From Bacilli bacterium (lineage in GTDB: Bacteria > Bacillota_I > Bacilli_A > RF39 > UBA660), in contig JAFQTN010000002.1 of assembly GCA_017409025.1 (NCBI GenBank), forward strand, positions 112,185 through 176,184: a DNA stretch of 64,000 nt, read 5' to 3'. The notes beneath the pieces were generated by a model. It had not been told where the DNA came from. It did no database searches and worked only from the letters and a program-made list of their open reading frames with translations. The position numbers were made by a program, and so were the translations under genes. Shown one piece after another: positions 1 through 11,785 of the stretch (position 1 is its first letter; each line of letters begins with the position of its first letter).

Positions 1-1548
1 GGTACTAAATATCGAGGAGAATTTGAAGAAAGAATGAAAAAATTATTAGATGAAATAGAAAATCATGACGAGATTATTTTGTTTATAGACGAGATTCATA
101 CCTTAATAGGTGCTGGAGGTGCCGAAGGTGCAATTGATGCTTCTAACATCTTAAAACCAGCCCTAGCAAGGGGAAAAATTAAATGTATTGGTGCTACTAC
201 AACTGAAGAATATAAAAAACATTTTGAAAAAGATAAAGCTCTAGATCGTAGATTCCAAATCATTAACATAGAAGAACCAAGCCTAGAAAAAACTAAAAAT
301 ATATTAATTAATTTAAAACCAATATATGAAGAATATCATAATGTAACCATTAAAGATGAAATAATAGATAATATTCTTACTCTAACAGAAAAATATATCT
401 ATGATAAATATAGACCCGATAAACAAATAGATATCTTAGATGAAGTATGTAGTAAAGTAAATATTAAAGGAAACTCTAAAAATATTAAAAATGAAAGTAT
501 ATTAAAAGAAATAATCAATAAAAAAGAATCATATATCAAAGAAAAGAATATCAAAAAAGCATATGAATATAAAATAAAAGAATCTCATCATATTGAATCA
601 ATGAATAAACCAGTTACCAAAAATGAAGTAACTATAAATGATGTTGCTGAAATAATCAATAAAAAAACTAAAATACCCGTATATGAAATATTAAAAGATA
701 ATAAAAAAGTAATCGAAGAAATTAAAAATACTCTAAACGATACTATTATAGGTCAAGATAAAGCAATAAATGAATTAATTGGTATTACTAAAAGAATAAA
801 ACTTGGATATAAAGAAAATAAATGTATATCGTTACTTTTTTCTGGCCCATCAGGGGTTGGAAAAACAAAATTAGCTCTAACATATGCTAAATTAATATCT
901 AAAGGAAAAGTAATTAAACTAGATATGTCAGAATTCTCAGACACTACTTCTATTAACAAATTTCTAGGATCATCTGCCGGATATATTGGATATGACGATA
1001 ATAAATATGTATTAAATACCATCAAAGATAATCCAACATCAGTAATAATATTTGATGAAATAGATAAAGCACATCCAAAAATAATTAATCTTCTATATCA
1101 AATGTTAGACGAAGGAACAATTAAAGACGCTAAAAATAATACCATAAACCTTAATAACAATATAATAATTTTAACAACCAATAAAGGAACAGAATCAAAA
1201 GATATAGGATTTGTACAAAACAATAAAAATATAAAAGAATTAAAAGAAACATTTAATATTGCCTTACTAAATAGAATAGATAATATAATATCTTTTAACA
1301 ATTTAAATAAACAAGATATTAAAAAAATAATTAATAAATTATTAATAAAACTAAAAAAGAAATATCAAGAATATAAAATAAATATTTCTAAAAATATTAT
1401 AAACGAATTAACAGAGGAATCTGAATATAATATATATGGAGCCAGAAAAATAGAAAAAATAATTAAAAATAAATTAGAAAATATAATAATAGATGAAATA
1501 CTAGAAAATAAAGAAACAATTAATATTGATAGCATTTTCACAAAGTAA
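1..1548 (+). CDS. clpC: ClpC/ClpB-family AAA+ chaperone ATPase, 5'-truncated by window edge
   Basis: Frame 1 is open from nt 1 ([11 protein letters not shown]...). D1 motifs [10 protein letters not shown] and ALDRRFQ, second Walker [11 protein letters not shown], short middle linker. Confidence 0.85.
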   Translation, partial: GTKYRGEFEERMKKLLDEIENHDEIILFIDEIHTLIGAGGAEGAIDASNILKPALARGKIKCIGATTTEEYKKHFEKDKALDRRFQIINIEEPSLEKTKNILINLKPIYEEYHNVTIKDEIIDNILTLTEKYIYDKYRPDKQIDILDEVCSKVNIKGNSKNIKNESILKEIINKKESYIKEKNIKKAYEYKIKESHHIESMNKPVTKNEVTINDVAEIINKKTKIPVYEILKDNKKVIEEIKNTLNDTIIGQDKAINELIGITKRIKLGYKENKCISLLFSGPSGVGKTKLALTYAKLISKGKVIKLDMSEFSDTTSINKFLGSSAGYIGYDDNKYVLNTIKDNPTSVIIFDEIDKAHPKIINLLYQMLDEGTIKDAKNNTINLNNNIIILTTNKGTESKDIGFVQNNKNIKELKETFNIALLNRIDNIISFNNLNKQDIKKIINKLLIKLKKKYQEYKINISKNIINELTEESEYNIYGARKIEKIIKNKLENIIIDEILENKETINIDSIFTK

Positions 1549-1575
1549 GTGATATAATACTATCAGGTGATTTTT

Positions 1576-2199
1576 ATGAACCAAAATTATCATTTACTTT
1601 GTTTAGAAGAAATTAAAAAATTAGATAAACCAAAGAAAATTTTACTACATAGTTGTTGTGCTCCTTGCAGTAGCTATGTAATTACATTTCTATCTAATTA
1701 TTTTGATATAACTGTTCTCTATTATAATCCAAATATTTCTCCTTATGAAGAATATGAAAAAAGAAAAAAAGAACAAATCAAATTAATTAAAAATTTAAAA
1801 ACTAAAAATAAATTAGACTTCTTAGATTGCGATTATGATAATGAACTATATAATAAAGTAGTTACTGGATTTGAAGAAGCTCCCGAAGGCGGTAGTAGAT
1901 GTCATATATGTTTTAATTTAAGACTTGAAAAAACTGCAATATTAGCTAAAGAAAACAATTATGAATATTTTTCTTCAACCCTTACAGTAAGTCCACATAA
2001 AAATTCCAAAGTTATCAATGAAATTGGATTCAATCTAAGTAAAAAATATAATATTAAATGGTTATATTCTGATTTCAAAAAAAATGAAGGTTTTAAACAA
2101 TCAATAGAACTATCAAAAAAATATAATCTATATAGACAAAATTACTGTGGATGTATATATTCAAAAAAAAGACTAGAAAAGCAAGAAATAACAAATTAA
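1576..2199 (+). CDS. queH: Epoxyqueuosine reductase QueH (DUF208 family)
   Basis: HSCCAPCS cysteine motif, RCHICF, C-terminal YCGC. RBS aggtga lies 5 nt before ATG 1576. Confidence 0.75.
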   Translation: MNQNYHLLCLEEIKKLDKPKKILLHSCCAPCSSYVITFLSNYFDITVLYYNPNISPYEEYEKRKKEQIKLIKNLKTKNKLDFLDCDYDNELYNKVVTGFEEAPEGGSRCHICFNLRLEKTAILAKENNYEYFSSTLTVSPHKNSKVINEIGFNLSKKYNIKWLYSDFKKNEGFKQSIELSKKYNLYRQNYCGCIYSKKRLEKQEITN

Positions 2200-2215
2200 G
2201 TTAATTCTTGCCTTT

Positions 2216-2983
2216 TTAATTATTTTTATTTCCACATTTAGGACAATAACTACTATTAACTAAAGTCCCACAATACGGACAATATTTATTCTTATATCTA
2301 AATTTCAAATCATTATTTGAATACTGTTTTACTTTTTTTATACAAATAATATATAGTATAATAACAAATATAGAGAAAATTGCTACAAACAAATAACTTC
2401 CCCAAAATAAGCAAAAATCATATATACCGTGAGTAAGAACCGGGATAAATAAACTTAATGTCATATATTTATTTGATAATTTCCTATTTCCTCTAACCAT
2501 ATTAATTTTAGCTAAAGCAAGATAAGAACCCATCAGTATTCCATCACAAACATGACCAGGAACAGCCGTAACAGCACGAATTAAACCTGTTGCTATTCCT
2601 GAATCAGAAACATAAAGAATATTTTCAAAACAAGCAAATCCTAAAGAAACAAAAGAAGCATAAACTATCATATCATATAATGTATCAAATTCACTATGAT
2701 TATAAGAACCTTTATATAATAAAATCCATTTACAAAATTCTTCTACTAAAGCAATAGAAATAAATACATATAAAAACATCTGAATAAAATTCATGTCACC
2801 CTCTGCTGGAAAAAAATTACCAATAAATAAACTTAAAAATGCAGCTGGAAAACACGATAATATTCCATACATAAACATTTTAAAAAGAAATTTTGAAGAT
2901 TCTTTATCAGTATCGTTTTTATATATGTATAAGCCAATTAAAAACACCGGTAAAATTGCCACTACAAAAGACAAAAAATCCAA
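2216..2983 (-). CDS. prsW: PrsW-family intramembrane protease with C-terminal zinc ribbon
   Basis: Multi-pass membrane protein with EEFCKW and HGIYDF motifs. C-terminal CPYC...CPKC. TTG start behind ggagg. Confidence 0.7.
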   Translation of the reverse strand: MDFLSFVVAILPVFLIGLYIYKNDTDKESSKFLFKMFMYGILSCFPAAFLSLFIGNFFPAEGDMNFIQMFLYVFISIALVEEFCKWILLYKGSYNHSEFDTLYDMIVYASFVSLGFACFENILYVSDSGIATGLIRAVTAVPGHVCDGILMGSYLALAKINMVRGNRKLSNKYMTLSLFIPVLTHGIYDFCLFWGSYLFVAIFSIFVIILYIICIKKVKQYSNNDLKFRYKNKYCPYCGTLVNSSYCPKCGNKNN

Positions 2984-3026
2984 ATTACACCTCCATTAGA
3001 AACCATAGTATTAAATATATAATATA

Positions 3027-3479
3027 TTAATAACCTATTCTATCTCTTATGAAACGTTCATAAATCCATTCAGGGCTATCATATAACACTTCTAAAAGAG
3101 CTTCTCTTAATTCCTCTTTTGAAAGTGCATTAATATATTTATGTAATTTTCTTTCTAATTCAATTTTATATTGTTCTGCTTCCCTCTCATTTTCTTCAAC
3201 TAATTCTAAATAATTATCCGCTTCCTTAGGAAAAATTTCAAAATATAAAGCTACAATATGTTTGCATATAATTCTTTTACCATTAGCATGCGGACAATTA
3301 CAAGTAGATTTTCTAATATGTTTAGTATCAAGAAAAATGCTATATACGCCATCGCTTCCTGTTACTTGTCCTGTGTATTCATCAGCACCAAGTTGTTTAA
3401 AATTTTTAACTTTCTTTGATTTATAATATTCATAACCTCTCCAAGCAGATAAATTACTTGCTACAGATATTAATCCCAT
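3027..3479 (-). CDS. SWIM zinc-finger protein
   Basis: CxCx(n)CxH signature (CNCPHANGKRIICKH) followed by a helical acidic tail. Starts 33 nt downstream of the AbiEii-like gene on the same strand. Confidence 0.7.
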   Translation of the reverse strand: MGLISVASNLSAWRGYEYYKSKKVKNFKQLGADEYTGQVTGSDGVYSIFLDTKHIRKSTCNCPHANGKRIICKHIVALYFEIFPKEADNYLELVEENEREAEQYKIELERKLHKYINALSKEELREALLEVLYDSPEWIYERFIRDRIGY

Positions 3480-3512
3480 ACATACTACCTTCTTTCATAA
3501 TTTCGATTTAAG

Positions 3513-4340
3513 TTAATTATAAACATGAATATGTTTAAGTGATTCAAAATACATTAAAATCTCATTTATTACTTCTTCAGCAGGTATTTGAAGCCAATTA
3601 TTTTCAGCAACACTTAACATATTTTTATATCTGCTATTATTTAAAACAGAAGTTATACGTTTTACAACATCCTCTATATTATTTTCTTCCATCAAACTAT
3701 CCTTAAAAATTAATATTTTCATATATTTTAATAATTTTTCTTTATTCAACTTTTCATAACTAATCAAATAATAAAAATCGAATACATCCTTATATCTAGT
3801 AGATCGAATCCCAAATTTCAATAATGATTTTAATTTTTCTACAAAAATTTGTTCTTTAGAATTAATTAAAAGGCTTGTACTTTTATTAATAATAGTTAAA
3901 TCAAAATAATAATCATCTTGTTTTATATCAAATTCTTTATGCACACCAATATCTAATTTTGAATCTATTATATTTCCATACATATCAGAAACTTTAATAT
4001 TAACACGTTTCCCATCATAATCTTGATGGTGCAATTTTGTAATATTACCTACTATATCAATAATTATTCCATCATCAACATTATTTAGTTTACTCACAAA
4101 TTCTTTAATAGATATATCATCTAACGAATACTTTATAAAGTCCATATCCATATCTCTAGTGGCTCTACGCATATCTTTAGATATACTATGCATAACAACT
4201 CCACCTTTAATTGTTATGTGTTCTCTAAGTCCACTTTTATCAATTTTTAAAAGAATAACATCTTGACACACTTTAGCCATAGCATCTGGCTCATCATAAC
4301 CATTTTCAATATATTTTTGTATTAATTCACTTAAATTCAT
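3513..4340 (-). CDS. abiEii: AbiEii/AbiGii-family nucleotidyltransferase toxin (DUF1814-like)
   Basis: N-terminal pattern KGGVVMH...RATRDMDMDF typical of AbiEii NTases. Start overlaps the upstream AbiEi-like stop (TAATG at 4340). Confidence 0.7.
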   Translation of the reverse strand: MNLSELIQKYIENGYDEPDAMAKVCQDVILLKIDKSGLREHITIKGGVVMHSISKDMRRATRDMDMDFIKYSLDDISIKEFVSKLNNVDDGIIIDIVGNITKLHHQDYDGKRVNIKVSDMYGNIIDSKLDIGVHKEFDIKQDDYYFDLTIINKSTSLLINSKEQIFVEKLKSLLKFGIRSTRYKDVFDFYYLISYEKLNKEKLLKYMKILIFKDSLMEENNIEDVVKRITSVLNNSRYKNMLSVAENNWLQIPAEEVINEILMYFESLKHIHVYN

Positions 4341-4882
4341 TAAAACACCTCATCTTGTATTATTTCAAATATCTTACGGTCATTTACAAAATAAGATAAA
4401 TATTCTTCAATTTTTCGCATATTAAGTGAATTAGCTATATTTCTATAATTTGTAATTATTTCTTTATATAAATCATAGCTAATTTTATTTTTATTTCTAG
4501 CAAGATCTATAAGTAGTCTTTCCTTATCATAGATGTTTATAACAGACCCTTCATAAAGAATAGTAATTTTACCTAAATTGTATAATTCATTTTTCATTCT
4601 TATTTGTTTAATTTTTGAATTTACTATTCTAGTAGCATTTCTATTAGTACATACGACTGTTTTTTGGGGAATAACATCCGTCAGATTATGATAATAATAT
4701 GCAGAATGACCACTAATTACAGCAGAAGGATATTTTTTATAAATAATAGCCAAATAATGAACATTAGGTTTGTCAGAATACAACCCTTTCTCAATTTTAT
4801 ATAATTCTTTATTTTCTATTGCCTTCTTAACATTATAATCATCTTTATATTTTTCCAAAACCTCATTATAATTATATAACAT
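4340..4882 (-). CDS. abiEi: AbiEi-family type IV antitoxin/transcriptional regulator
   Basis: N-terminal wHTH-like region ending in the KIEKGLYS motif. Paired and overlapping with the AbiEii-like gene. Start taken at M22 behind aggtga. Confidence 0.6.
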   Translation of the reverse strand: MLYNYNEVLEKYKDDYNVKKAIENKELYKIEKGLYSDKPNVHYLAIIYKKYPSAVISGHSAYYYHNLTDVIPQKTVVCTNRNATRIVNSKIKQIRMKNELYNLGKITILYEGSVINIYDKERLLIDLARNKNKISYDLYKEIITNYRNIANSLNMRKIEEYLSYFVNDRKIFEIIQDEVF

Positions 4883-5014
4883 TCTATCATCACCTAATAC
4901 AATTTTAGAGTAATTACACCCTTTTGTCAAGATGTTTGGGTACAATTACTCTAATTTTTTATTATTTACTAATACTTCCTCTCATCTATCAAAGAAAAAA
5001 GAAGCAACGCTTCT

Positions 5015-6412
5015 TTATTTAGTTAATTGAAAGTAATTAAATACTTCATATCCTAAAAACACACAACTTGCTAAGAAGAATGCAATAGCAACAACCATAA
5101 AGAATTTATTATTAGCAAAACCTGCTTTTCTAGTTAATGCCTTAGGATCAGATACCATTTCTGGTTGAACCATTGGTGCTATTGCTGGTTGTGCAGTTGA
5201 TACAGGAGTTTGTGGTAAAACAGGACCCTCCTCACCAAATTCTCTAACAACTTCTATGTTTTCAACAGGAATAGTAGTATCCTTAGCCACTTCTCCTAAT
5301 GCAGCATTTAAATTTGTTTCCTTAGAAGCATTAAATACCAAAGGTTGATTTTCTGTTACAGGTGCGGCAGCAACTGGTTCTGATGCCACAGTTGAAACTG
5401 GTGGGATTGCTACTGGTTGCGGAATAACCGGAGTTATTGGTGTTGGAACAATAGGTTCTGGTAAAACCACTTTTGGTTCTTCTACTGCTGGTGTAGCTTG
5501 TGCTAAAACTTCAGCAGGAACAACTACTTGTTCACTCTTTTCAGTAACTGGTGCCTCCAATACAGGAACTTCTTCAGTCTTCACATCAACAGTTGGTGTT
5601 TCTAATACTGGAGTTGATTCAGATAATGCTTGATTAGTAATTGATTCAACTACTGCTCCAACTGGTTCTTGACTAGCTACTTCTACTGGAGCAGCAACTG
5701 GTTCTGGTGTCTTTTCTTGAACACCGAAAGCAACAAATTCATCATTTAAAGTTTCCTCTATTGGATTAACTTCACTAATTGCTGTTGCCGATTCAGAAAC
5801 TTCTGGAACTACAGACTCCAAAGGAGCCTCAGGTATAACAGGAGTAGCAGGCGTTGAAACAACAGGTTCTGAAGATAAAGTTGGAACTTCTTCCACTTTC
5901 TCAGGTGCAGATGCCACTACTTCAGGAAAAATATCCTGAGTTTGTTCTGGAAAAATATCGACAATTTGAGGTTCTTCTACCGAAAGCACTACATCATAAT
6001 ATTTTTCAGAAACTCTAGTTACTTCTTTCTTAACTGTAGTAATATATGTTTTTTTAACATCTAATCTTTGCTCTTTATTAAAAGATACAGAAATAAATTT
6101 AATATTTTTCCCATCTGATAAAGTCAAAGTTTCCCCTGCTAACTTATCTGCATCATCAGAAACAGCCTTAGCAATAAGATCTTTAACTATTTTAGATACA
6201 CTTTCTTTTTCAAATTCTTCTTCAATATTTGCTAAATTAAACGTATTATCTAAATTCTTAACTACCTTAGATACAAATACATTGTTACTTTCTTCATCTC
6301 TTTCAATCCAATAAACAACATATTCACTACCTTCTAAATCCATTCCAAATACGATATTAGCCACTCTATCAATATTGTGTTCATCAACAACTTTAATATT
6401 TCTGCTTTTCAT
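5015..6412 (-). CDS. Tail-anchored protein: small N-terminal globular domain (DUF1292-like), ~250-aa Pro/Val/Glu/Thr-rich linker, C-terminal TM helix
   Basis: Start at M11 behind aggagg. Low-complexity PVxP/EV repeats. C-terminal FFMVVAIAFFLASCVFLGY. Confidence 0.6.
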   Translation of the reverse strand: MKSRNIKVVDEHNIDRVANIVFGMDLEGSEYVVYWIERDEESNNVFVSKVVKNLDNTFNLANIEEEFEKESVSKIVKDLIAKAVSDDADKLAGETLTLSDGKNIKFISVSFNKEQRLDVKKTYITTVKKEVTRVSEKYYDVVLSVEEPQIVDIFPEQTQDIFPEVVASAPEKVEEVPTLSSEPVVSTPATPVIPEAPLESVVPEVSESATAISEVNPIEETLNDEFVAFGVQEKTPEPVAAPVEVASQEPVGAVVESITNQALSESTPVLETPTVDVKTEEVPVLEAPVTEKSEQVVVPAEVLAQATPAVEEPKVVLPEPIVPTPITPVIPQPVAIPPVSTVASEPVAAAPVTENQPLVFNASKETNLNAALGEVAKDTTIPVENIEVVREFGEEGPVLPQTPVSTAQPAIAPMVQPEMVSDPKALTRKAGFANNKFFMVVAIAFFLASCVFLGYEVFNYFQLTK

Positions 6413-6513
6413 AATTCCTCCTAAATAGGACACAAAATACAATAGATTCGTAAATCTATTCTCCTACTATTAACATCAGTATAACATAATAATTTAATAC
6501 AAGCAAGCAAAAT

Positions 6514-8034
6514 TTAATTATTACCAGAATTATTCTGAGAATTATTAAGTTTTCTAACCATTTTTAGTTTATTACTATTTTGTCTTTCTTTTTCTTTCAT
6601 TTGTGTTTTAACTAAATCAATCTTTAACTTACTACCCAAAATAGCATTTTCTATCTTATTTATTTTCTTAATAGCATTCTTATAAGCAGGCATCTCTCTT
6701 TCATAACTACTGAATTTTTTCTGATAATTTTCCTTTAATCTTACAATATCTTCTAAAGTGGAATTTACTAAATTAGAAGTATCATCTAAATTCCCAACAG
6801 CTCTATTAATAGATTCCGTATAATCTATAGCATCATATACCATTTTTCTATTTTCTTCCCACTCTAAATTATTACACATATTTTGAATCATATTTTTAGT
6901 AATCAAAGTTTGTGTAGCAATACCTGGAATTAACCCTTTTAAAGGACTAACTAACAATAACCCTAAATATTTAAAAGAATTCCCTAACAATTGATTAAAC
7001 CCTTTTAAACGATAACTAACCACTTCATGTGAATCAATCTTTGATATTTTACCTTCTAATTCTTTAAGAAAAGATTCCTGTCTTTGTACAAAATCCATAT
7101 ACCTATCATTTTCTCTATCAACGTTATATACTTCATTTTTAAATTTTTCAAAATCAATATCACGCTCTTTTAGTTCTTCTATTTCTTTATTTTTGTGTTC
7201 TTCTAATTTAATAGCATCCTCTTGTAATTTATCTATCTTTAAATATAAATACTTATATTCATCTAAAAGCTTATAATTATCTATAATATATCTAACATCA
7301 TCTGAAGAACATAATTCTTTTAATTCCAATATTTTATCTACTAAAAAATCTTCTCCATACTCTAACATATATTCAAAATCAAGATTATCTTTTAAATAAT
7401 CATATTTTTCTTTTAAAGATTTTATTTTAGATAATAATTTTTTTATTTCCTTAATGTCTTCCTCACACTCAGCTAAACGTAATCTATCTCCAGTTAACTC
7501 ACTTAAAACATATAATTCACTTTTTAATACTTCTAATTCATTTAAATTTTTTACTAATCTTTTCTTTATTAAACCTATTATTTCTTTTTGTAAATTTTGA
7601 ACCTTTATTTCATTTTCAGTTAAAAGTTTTGTTTTACTTAAAATAGCCTCTTTCTTTCCTTTTAAATATATTTTCTTTTTTTCCTTTAATAACGATATAT
7701 TAATTTCTCTAATTCGGTTAACTTTAATTCTTTTTACTTCAGAAGAATTATATCCATCATAAGATAAATTACTATCATCAAACTTAACATCATTTTTACC
7801 TTTAGTAGATTTAATATTAGTATAAATCACTGAAGGCATAGCTAAAACTATTTTCAAAACATTTCTAGCACCAGTTTTTATAATAGGTTCATCAGTATCA
7901 GATTTAATACCTCTTTTAGCAAGCATTTTATCTTTACGTATTTTTTTTAATCTATCACTAAATTTACCTCTATTATCACCACTATTATCGGTATTATTAT
8001 CAACATTATTATTAATGTTCTTTCTGATATCCAT
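6514..8034 (-). CDS. Lys/Glu-rich coiled-coil protein with one internal hydrophobic segment; function unknown
   Basis: Start at M10 behind aggtga. Long heptad-like K/E/L stretches. Hydrophobic FKYLGLLLVSPLKGLIPGIATQTLI. Confidence 0.55.
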   Translation of the reverse strand: MDIRKNINNNVDNNTDNSGDNRGKFSDRLKKIRKDKMLAKRGIKSDTDEPIIKTGARNVLKIVLAMPSVIYTNIKSTKGKNDVKFDDSNLSYDGYNSSEVKRIKVNRIREINISLLKEKKKIYLKGKKEAILSKTKLLTENEIKVQNLQKEIIGLIKKRLVKNLNELEVLKSELYVLSELTGDRLRLAECEEDIKEIKKLLSKIKSLKEKYDYLKDNLDFEYMLEYGEDFLVDKILELKELCSSDDVRYIIDNYKLLDEYKYLYLKIDKLQEDAIKLEEHKNKEIEELKERDIDFEKFKNEVYNVDRENDRYMDFVQRQESFLKELEGKISKIDSHEVVSYRLKGFNQLLGNSFKYLGLLLVSPLKGLIPGIATQTLITKNMIQNMCNNLEWEENRKMVYDAIDYTESINRAVGNLDDTSNLVNSTLEDIVRLKENYQKKFSSYEREMPAYKNAIKKINKIENAILGSKLKIDLVKTQMKEKERQNSNKLKMVRKLNNSQNNSGNN

Positions 8035-8112
8035 AATATCACCTATATAAAAGTATAACATAACATTAAAAATTTAACACTAAATAATCTCAAGAAATTA
8101 AAATTTTACATA

Positions 8113-8142
8113 GTAAAAGACCCTCATACATATGAGAGTCTT
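8113..8142 (-). terminator. Intrinsic terminator after rpoC
   Basis: Minus strand AAGACUCUCAUA..UAUGAGGGUCUU stem followed by a U-run, 8 nt past the rpoC stop. Confidence 0.6.
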
Positions 8143-8149
8143 ACATTAT

Positions 8150-11100
8150 TTAATCAAGAAATTCTTCTTCAAGTACTTCAGCAGGTTCATCATCAAAAAA
8201 TTCTTTTTCTAATGAGAAACCAATATCCATATATTCTTTAGCACCAGTACCTGCAGGAATTAACTTACCAATGATAACATTTTCTTTTAATCCATGTAAG
8301 TGATCAACATTTCCTTTAACTGCGGCTTCAGTAAGAATTCTTGTAGTTTCTTGGAATGAAGCTGACGCTAAGAATGAATCTGTTTGTAACGAAGATTTAG
8401 TAATACCAAGTAAGATAGGTTGACCAATAGCTGGTTTCTTTCCTTGTAATATTACATCTTTATTACCTTCAGTAAATTTATTTATAGATACTACTGTACT
8501 TGGTAAGAAATTAGTATCTCCTGAATCCATAATTCTAATTTGAGATATCATTCTACGAGCAATAAGTTCAACGTGTTTATCATTGATATCAACACCTTGA
8601 GAACGATATACTTTTTGAACTTCTTTTAAAATATATTGTTGAACTGTATTAGGATCAGTTACTGCTAACAATTCTTTAGGACTAACATTACCTTCAGTTA
8701 ATCTGTCCCCAGCATTAACCTTGTCTCCTTTTTCAACTCTAATTTTAGCACCATATGCTGTTAAGTGTTCTCTAACTTCATTATCATTTTGAATAAATAT
8801 CTTAGTTCTACCTTTTTGATCTTCAATCTTAATAATTGTACCATCAATTTCAGCAATAGTAGATTTTCCCTTTGGAGTTCTAGCTTCAAATAACTCTTCA
8901 ACACGAGGTAAACCTTGTGTGATATCTTCTCCACCAGCAACACCACCAGTATGGAATGTTCTCATGGTTAACTGAGTACCAGGTTCACCAATTGATTGAG
9001 CTCCCATTGTACCAACCGCTTCACCTATTTCAACAATATTACCAGTAGCTAAGTTTCTACCATAACACTTACAACATACACCGTGATCAGTTCTACAAGT
9101 AAGTACAGTTCTAATTTCAACTTGTTCAATACCTGCAGCAATAATCTTATCTGCAATGTTTTCAGTAATTAATTCATTTTTATCAATAATTACTTCTTTA
9201 GTATTAGGATCGATTACCTTCTTATTAGTAAATCTTCCTAAAATTCTATCATAAAGTGGTTCAATAATACCATCTTTATCATCTCTAAACGCTTCAACCA
9301 CAACACCTTGAGTTGTTCCACAATCATCTTCTCTAACGATTAAATCTTGTGCAACATCAACAAGTCTTCTAGTCATATAACCAGAGTCTGCTGTCTTAAG
9401 CGCTGTATCCGCACTACCTTTTCTAGCACCGTGTGTAGATAAGAAGAATTCAGATACTGATAATCCATCTCTAAATGAAGATTTAATTGGAATTTCAACT
9501 GGTTCACCATTTGGTTTAGCCATTGTTCCACGCATACCAGCTAACTGTACAAAGTTAGAAATAGATCCACGAGCCTTAGAGTTCATCATTATGAAAATTG
9601 GATTATCTTCATATTCTTCACCCTTAGCGTAAGCCTCTAGTTCTTTTTCAATATCCTTCTTAGCTTTATCCCAAACGCTAATTACTAAATCAAATCTTTC
9701 TTTATTAGTAATTAAACCTCTTTGGTATTGCTTATTAATCTTCTTAACTTCTGCTTCAGAATCAGCTATTACTTGATCTTTAGTTTTACTAGTAATAACA
9801 TCTGCAGCTGAAATAGTAATACCAGCATAAGTAGAGTATTTAAATCCTAAATCTTTTAACTTATCTAGCATTATAGAAGTTTCAGTAGTTTTATATTTCT
9901 TAAACATTTGAGCAATTATCTTCTCTAATGTTCCCTTTTTAAATGCACTAGCTTTAGGTATTTCTTTTACTTTTTCAGGAATATTTTCTCCTGGAGCAAT
10001 AAAATATTTATTTGGAGTATATTTTTCAATATTCTCATCACTTGGTTCATTAATATATGGGAATGAATCTGGTAAAATCTCATTAAATATTAATTTACCA
10101 ACAGTAGTAACTAAATATTGATTTTTATGAGAATCTAAGAACACTTTATGTTTAAATGAATTTACAGGAACTACGATTCTAGTATGTAAATCTATTTCTC
10201 TTCTATTGTAAGCCATTAAAGCTTCATTAGAATTTTTAAATATTCTTCCTTCTCCTTCTTTACCAGTTTTTTCCATAGTAATGTAATAGTTACCTAATAC
10301 CATATCTTGTGATGGAGTAACAATAGGTTTTCCATCTTTTGGAGATAAGATATTATTAGCACCTAACATAAGGATTCTAGCTTCAGCTTTAGCTTCTTCA
10401 GAAAGTGGTACGTGTACCGCCATTTGGTCACCATCGAAGTCCGCATTAAATGCAGTAGTAACAAGTGGATGAAGTCTAATAGCTTTACCTGATACTAGTT
10501 TTGGTTCGAATGCTTGAATACCAAGTCTATGTAATGTAGGAGCACGGTTAAGCATTACTGGATGTTCTTTAATAACTTCTTCAACAACATCCCATACTTT
10601 AGGATCCCTAGTATCAATCATCTTTTTAGCAGATTTAATATTATTAGCAATCTCTTTAGTTACTAAACCATTAATAACATGTGGCTTAAATAATTCAAGA
10701 GCCATTTCTTTAGGAATACCACATTGATACATTTTTAAATCTGGTCCAACAACGATAACTGAACGTCCAGAATAGTCAACACGTTTTCCTAATAAGTTTT
10801 GTCTAAATCTACCTTGTTTACCCTTTAACATGCTTGATAAAGATTTTAATGCTCTATTTCCAGCACCTGTTACGCTTCTGCCTCTTCTACCATTATCAAA
10901 TAATGAGTCAACAGCTTCTTGTAACATTCTCTTTTCATTTTGAATAATTATAGATGGAGCATTTAATTCAACTAATTTCTTTAAACGATTATTTCTATTA
11001 ATTACTCTTCTATATAAATCATTCAAGTCAGATGTAGCAAATCTACCACCATCAAGTTGAATCATAGGTCTTAATTCTGGTGGAATAACTGGAAGTACAT

Positions 11101-11785
11101 CAAGTATCATCCATTCAGGTTTATTTCCTGATTTAGCAAAAGAATCTAAAACATCTAATCTCTTAACTAATTTTAATTTCTTTTGACCAGTAGCCCCTTC
11201 TAATTCACTTTGAAGTTGTTCTAATTCTTTTTCTACATCTAATTCACTAAGTAAAGTCTTAATAGCTTCAGCACCCATACCAACTTTAAATGTGTTGCCA
11301 TATTTTTCATAATATGCTCTATATTCTTTATCAGATAAAGTTTGTTTCTTAATTAAAGTAGTAGCTCCTGGGTCTAAAACTACATAAGATACAAAGTAAA
11401 TTACTTCTTCCAAATCTCTTGGAGACATATCAAGACATAATCCAATATATGAAGGAATACCCTTAACATACCAAATGTGACTTACTGGAGTAGCAAGATC
11501 AATATGTCCCATTCTTTCTCTACGAACTTTAGACTTAGTAACCTCTACTCCACATCTATCACAAACAATATTTTTATATCTTAATCTTTTATATTTACCG
11601 CAACTACATTCATAATCTCTAGTTGGTCCAAATATTTTTTCACAGAAAAGTCCGTCTCTTTCAGGCTTTAATGTTCTATAGTTTATAGTTTCAGGTTTTA
11701 AAACCTCACCATAACTCCATGTTCTAATATCATCAGGTGATGCAATTCCAATTTTTAAAGCTTTAAATTTATTAGCCTCTAGCAT
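8150..11785 (-). CDS. rpoC: DNA-directed RNA polymerase subunit beta'
   Basis: [12 protein letters not shown] catalytic motif, zinc-binding CxC..CxxC N-terminus, full length 1211 aa. Confidence 0.98.
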   Translation of the reverse strand: MLEANKFKALKIGIASPDDIRTWSYGEVLKPETINYRTLKPERDGLFCEKIFGPTRDYECSCGKYKRLRYKNIVCDRCGVEVTKSKVRRERMGHIDLATPVSHIWYVKGIPSYIGLCLDMSPRDLEEVIYFVSYVVLDPGATTLIKKQTLSDKEYRAYYEKYGNTFKVGMGAEAIKTLLSELDVEKELEQLQSELEGATGQKKLKLVKRLDVLDSFAKSGNKPEWMILDVLPVIPPELRPMIQLDGGRFATSDLNDLYRRVINRNNRLKKLVELNAPSIIIQNEKRMLQEAVDSLFDNGRRGRSVTGAGNRALKSLSSMLKGKQGRFRQNLLGKRVDYSGRSVIVVGPDLKMYQCGIPKEMALELFKPHVINGLVTKEIANNIKSAKKMIDTRDPKVWDVVEEVIKEHPVMLNRAPTLHRLGIQAFEPKLVSGKAIRLHPLVTTAFNADFDGDQMAVHVPLSEEAKAEARILMLGANNILSPKDGKPIVTPSQDMVLGNYYITMEKTGKEGEGRIFKNSNEALMAYNRREIDLHTRIVVPVNSFKHKVFLDSHKNQYLVTTVGKLIFNEILPDSFPYINEPSDENIEKYTPNKYFIAPGENIPEKVKEIPKASAFKKGTLEKIIAQMFKKYKTTETSIMLDKLKDLGFKYSTYAGITISAADVITSKTKDQVIADSEAEVKKINKQYQRGLITNKERFDLVISVWDKAKKDIEKELEAYAKGEEYEDNPIFIMMNSKARGSISNFVQLAGMRGTMAKPNGEPVEIPIKSSFRDGLSVSEFFLSTHGARKGSADTALKTADSGYMTRRLVDVAQDLIVREDDCGTTQGVVVEAFRDDKDGIIEPLYDRILGRFTNKKVIDPNTKEVIIDKNELITENIADKIIAAGIEQVEIRTVLTCRTDHGVCCKCYGRNLATGNIVEIGEAVGTMGAQSIGEPGTQLTMRTFHTGGVAGGEDITQGLPRVEELFEARTPKGKSTIAEIDGTIIKIEDQKGRTKIFIQNDNEVREHLTAYGAKIRVEKGDKVNAGDRLTEGNVSPKELLAVTDPNTVQQYILKEVQKVYRSQGVDINDKHVELIARRMISQIRIMDSGDTNFLPSTVVSINKFTEGNKDVILQGKKPAIGQPILLGITKSSLQTDSFLASASFQETTRILTEAAVKGNVDHLHGLKENVIIGKLIPAGTGAKEYMDIGFSLEKEFFDDEPAEVLEEEFLD

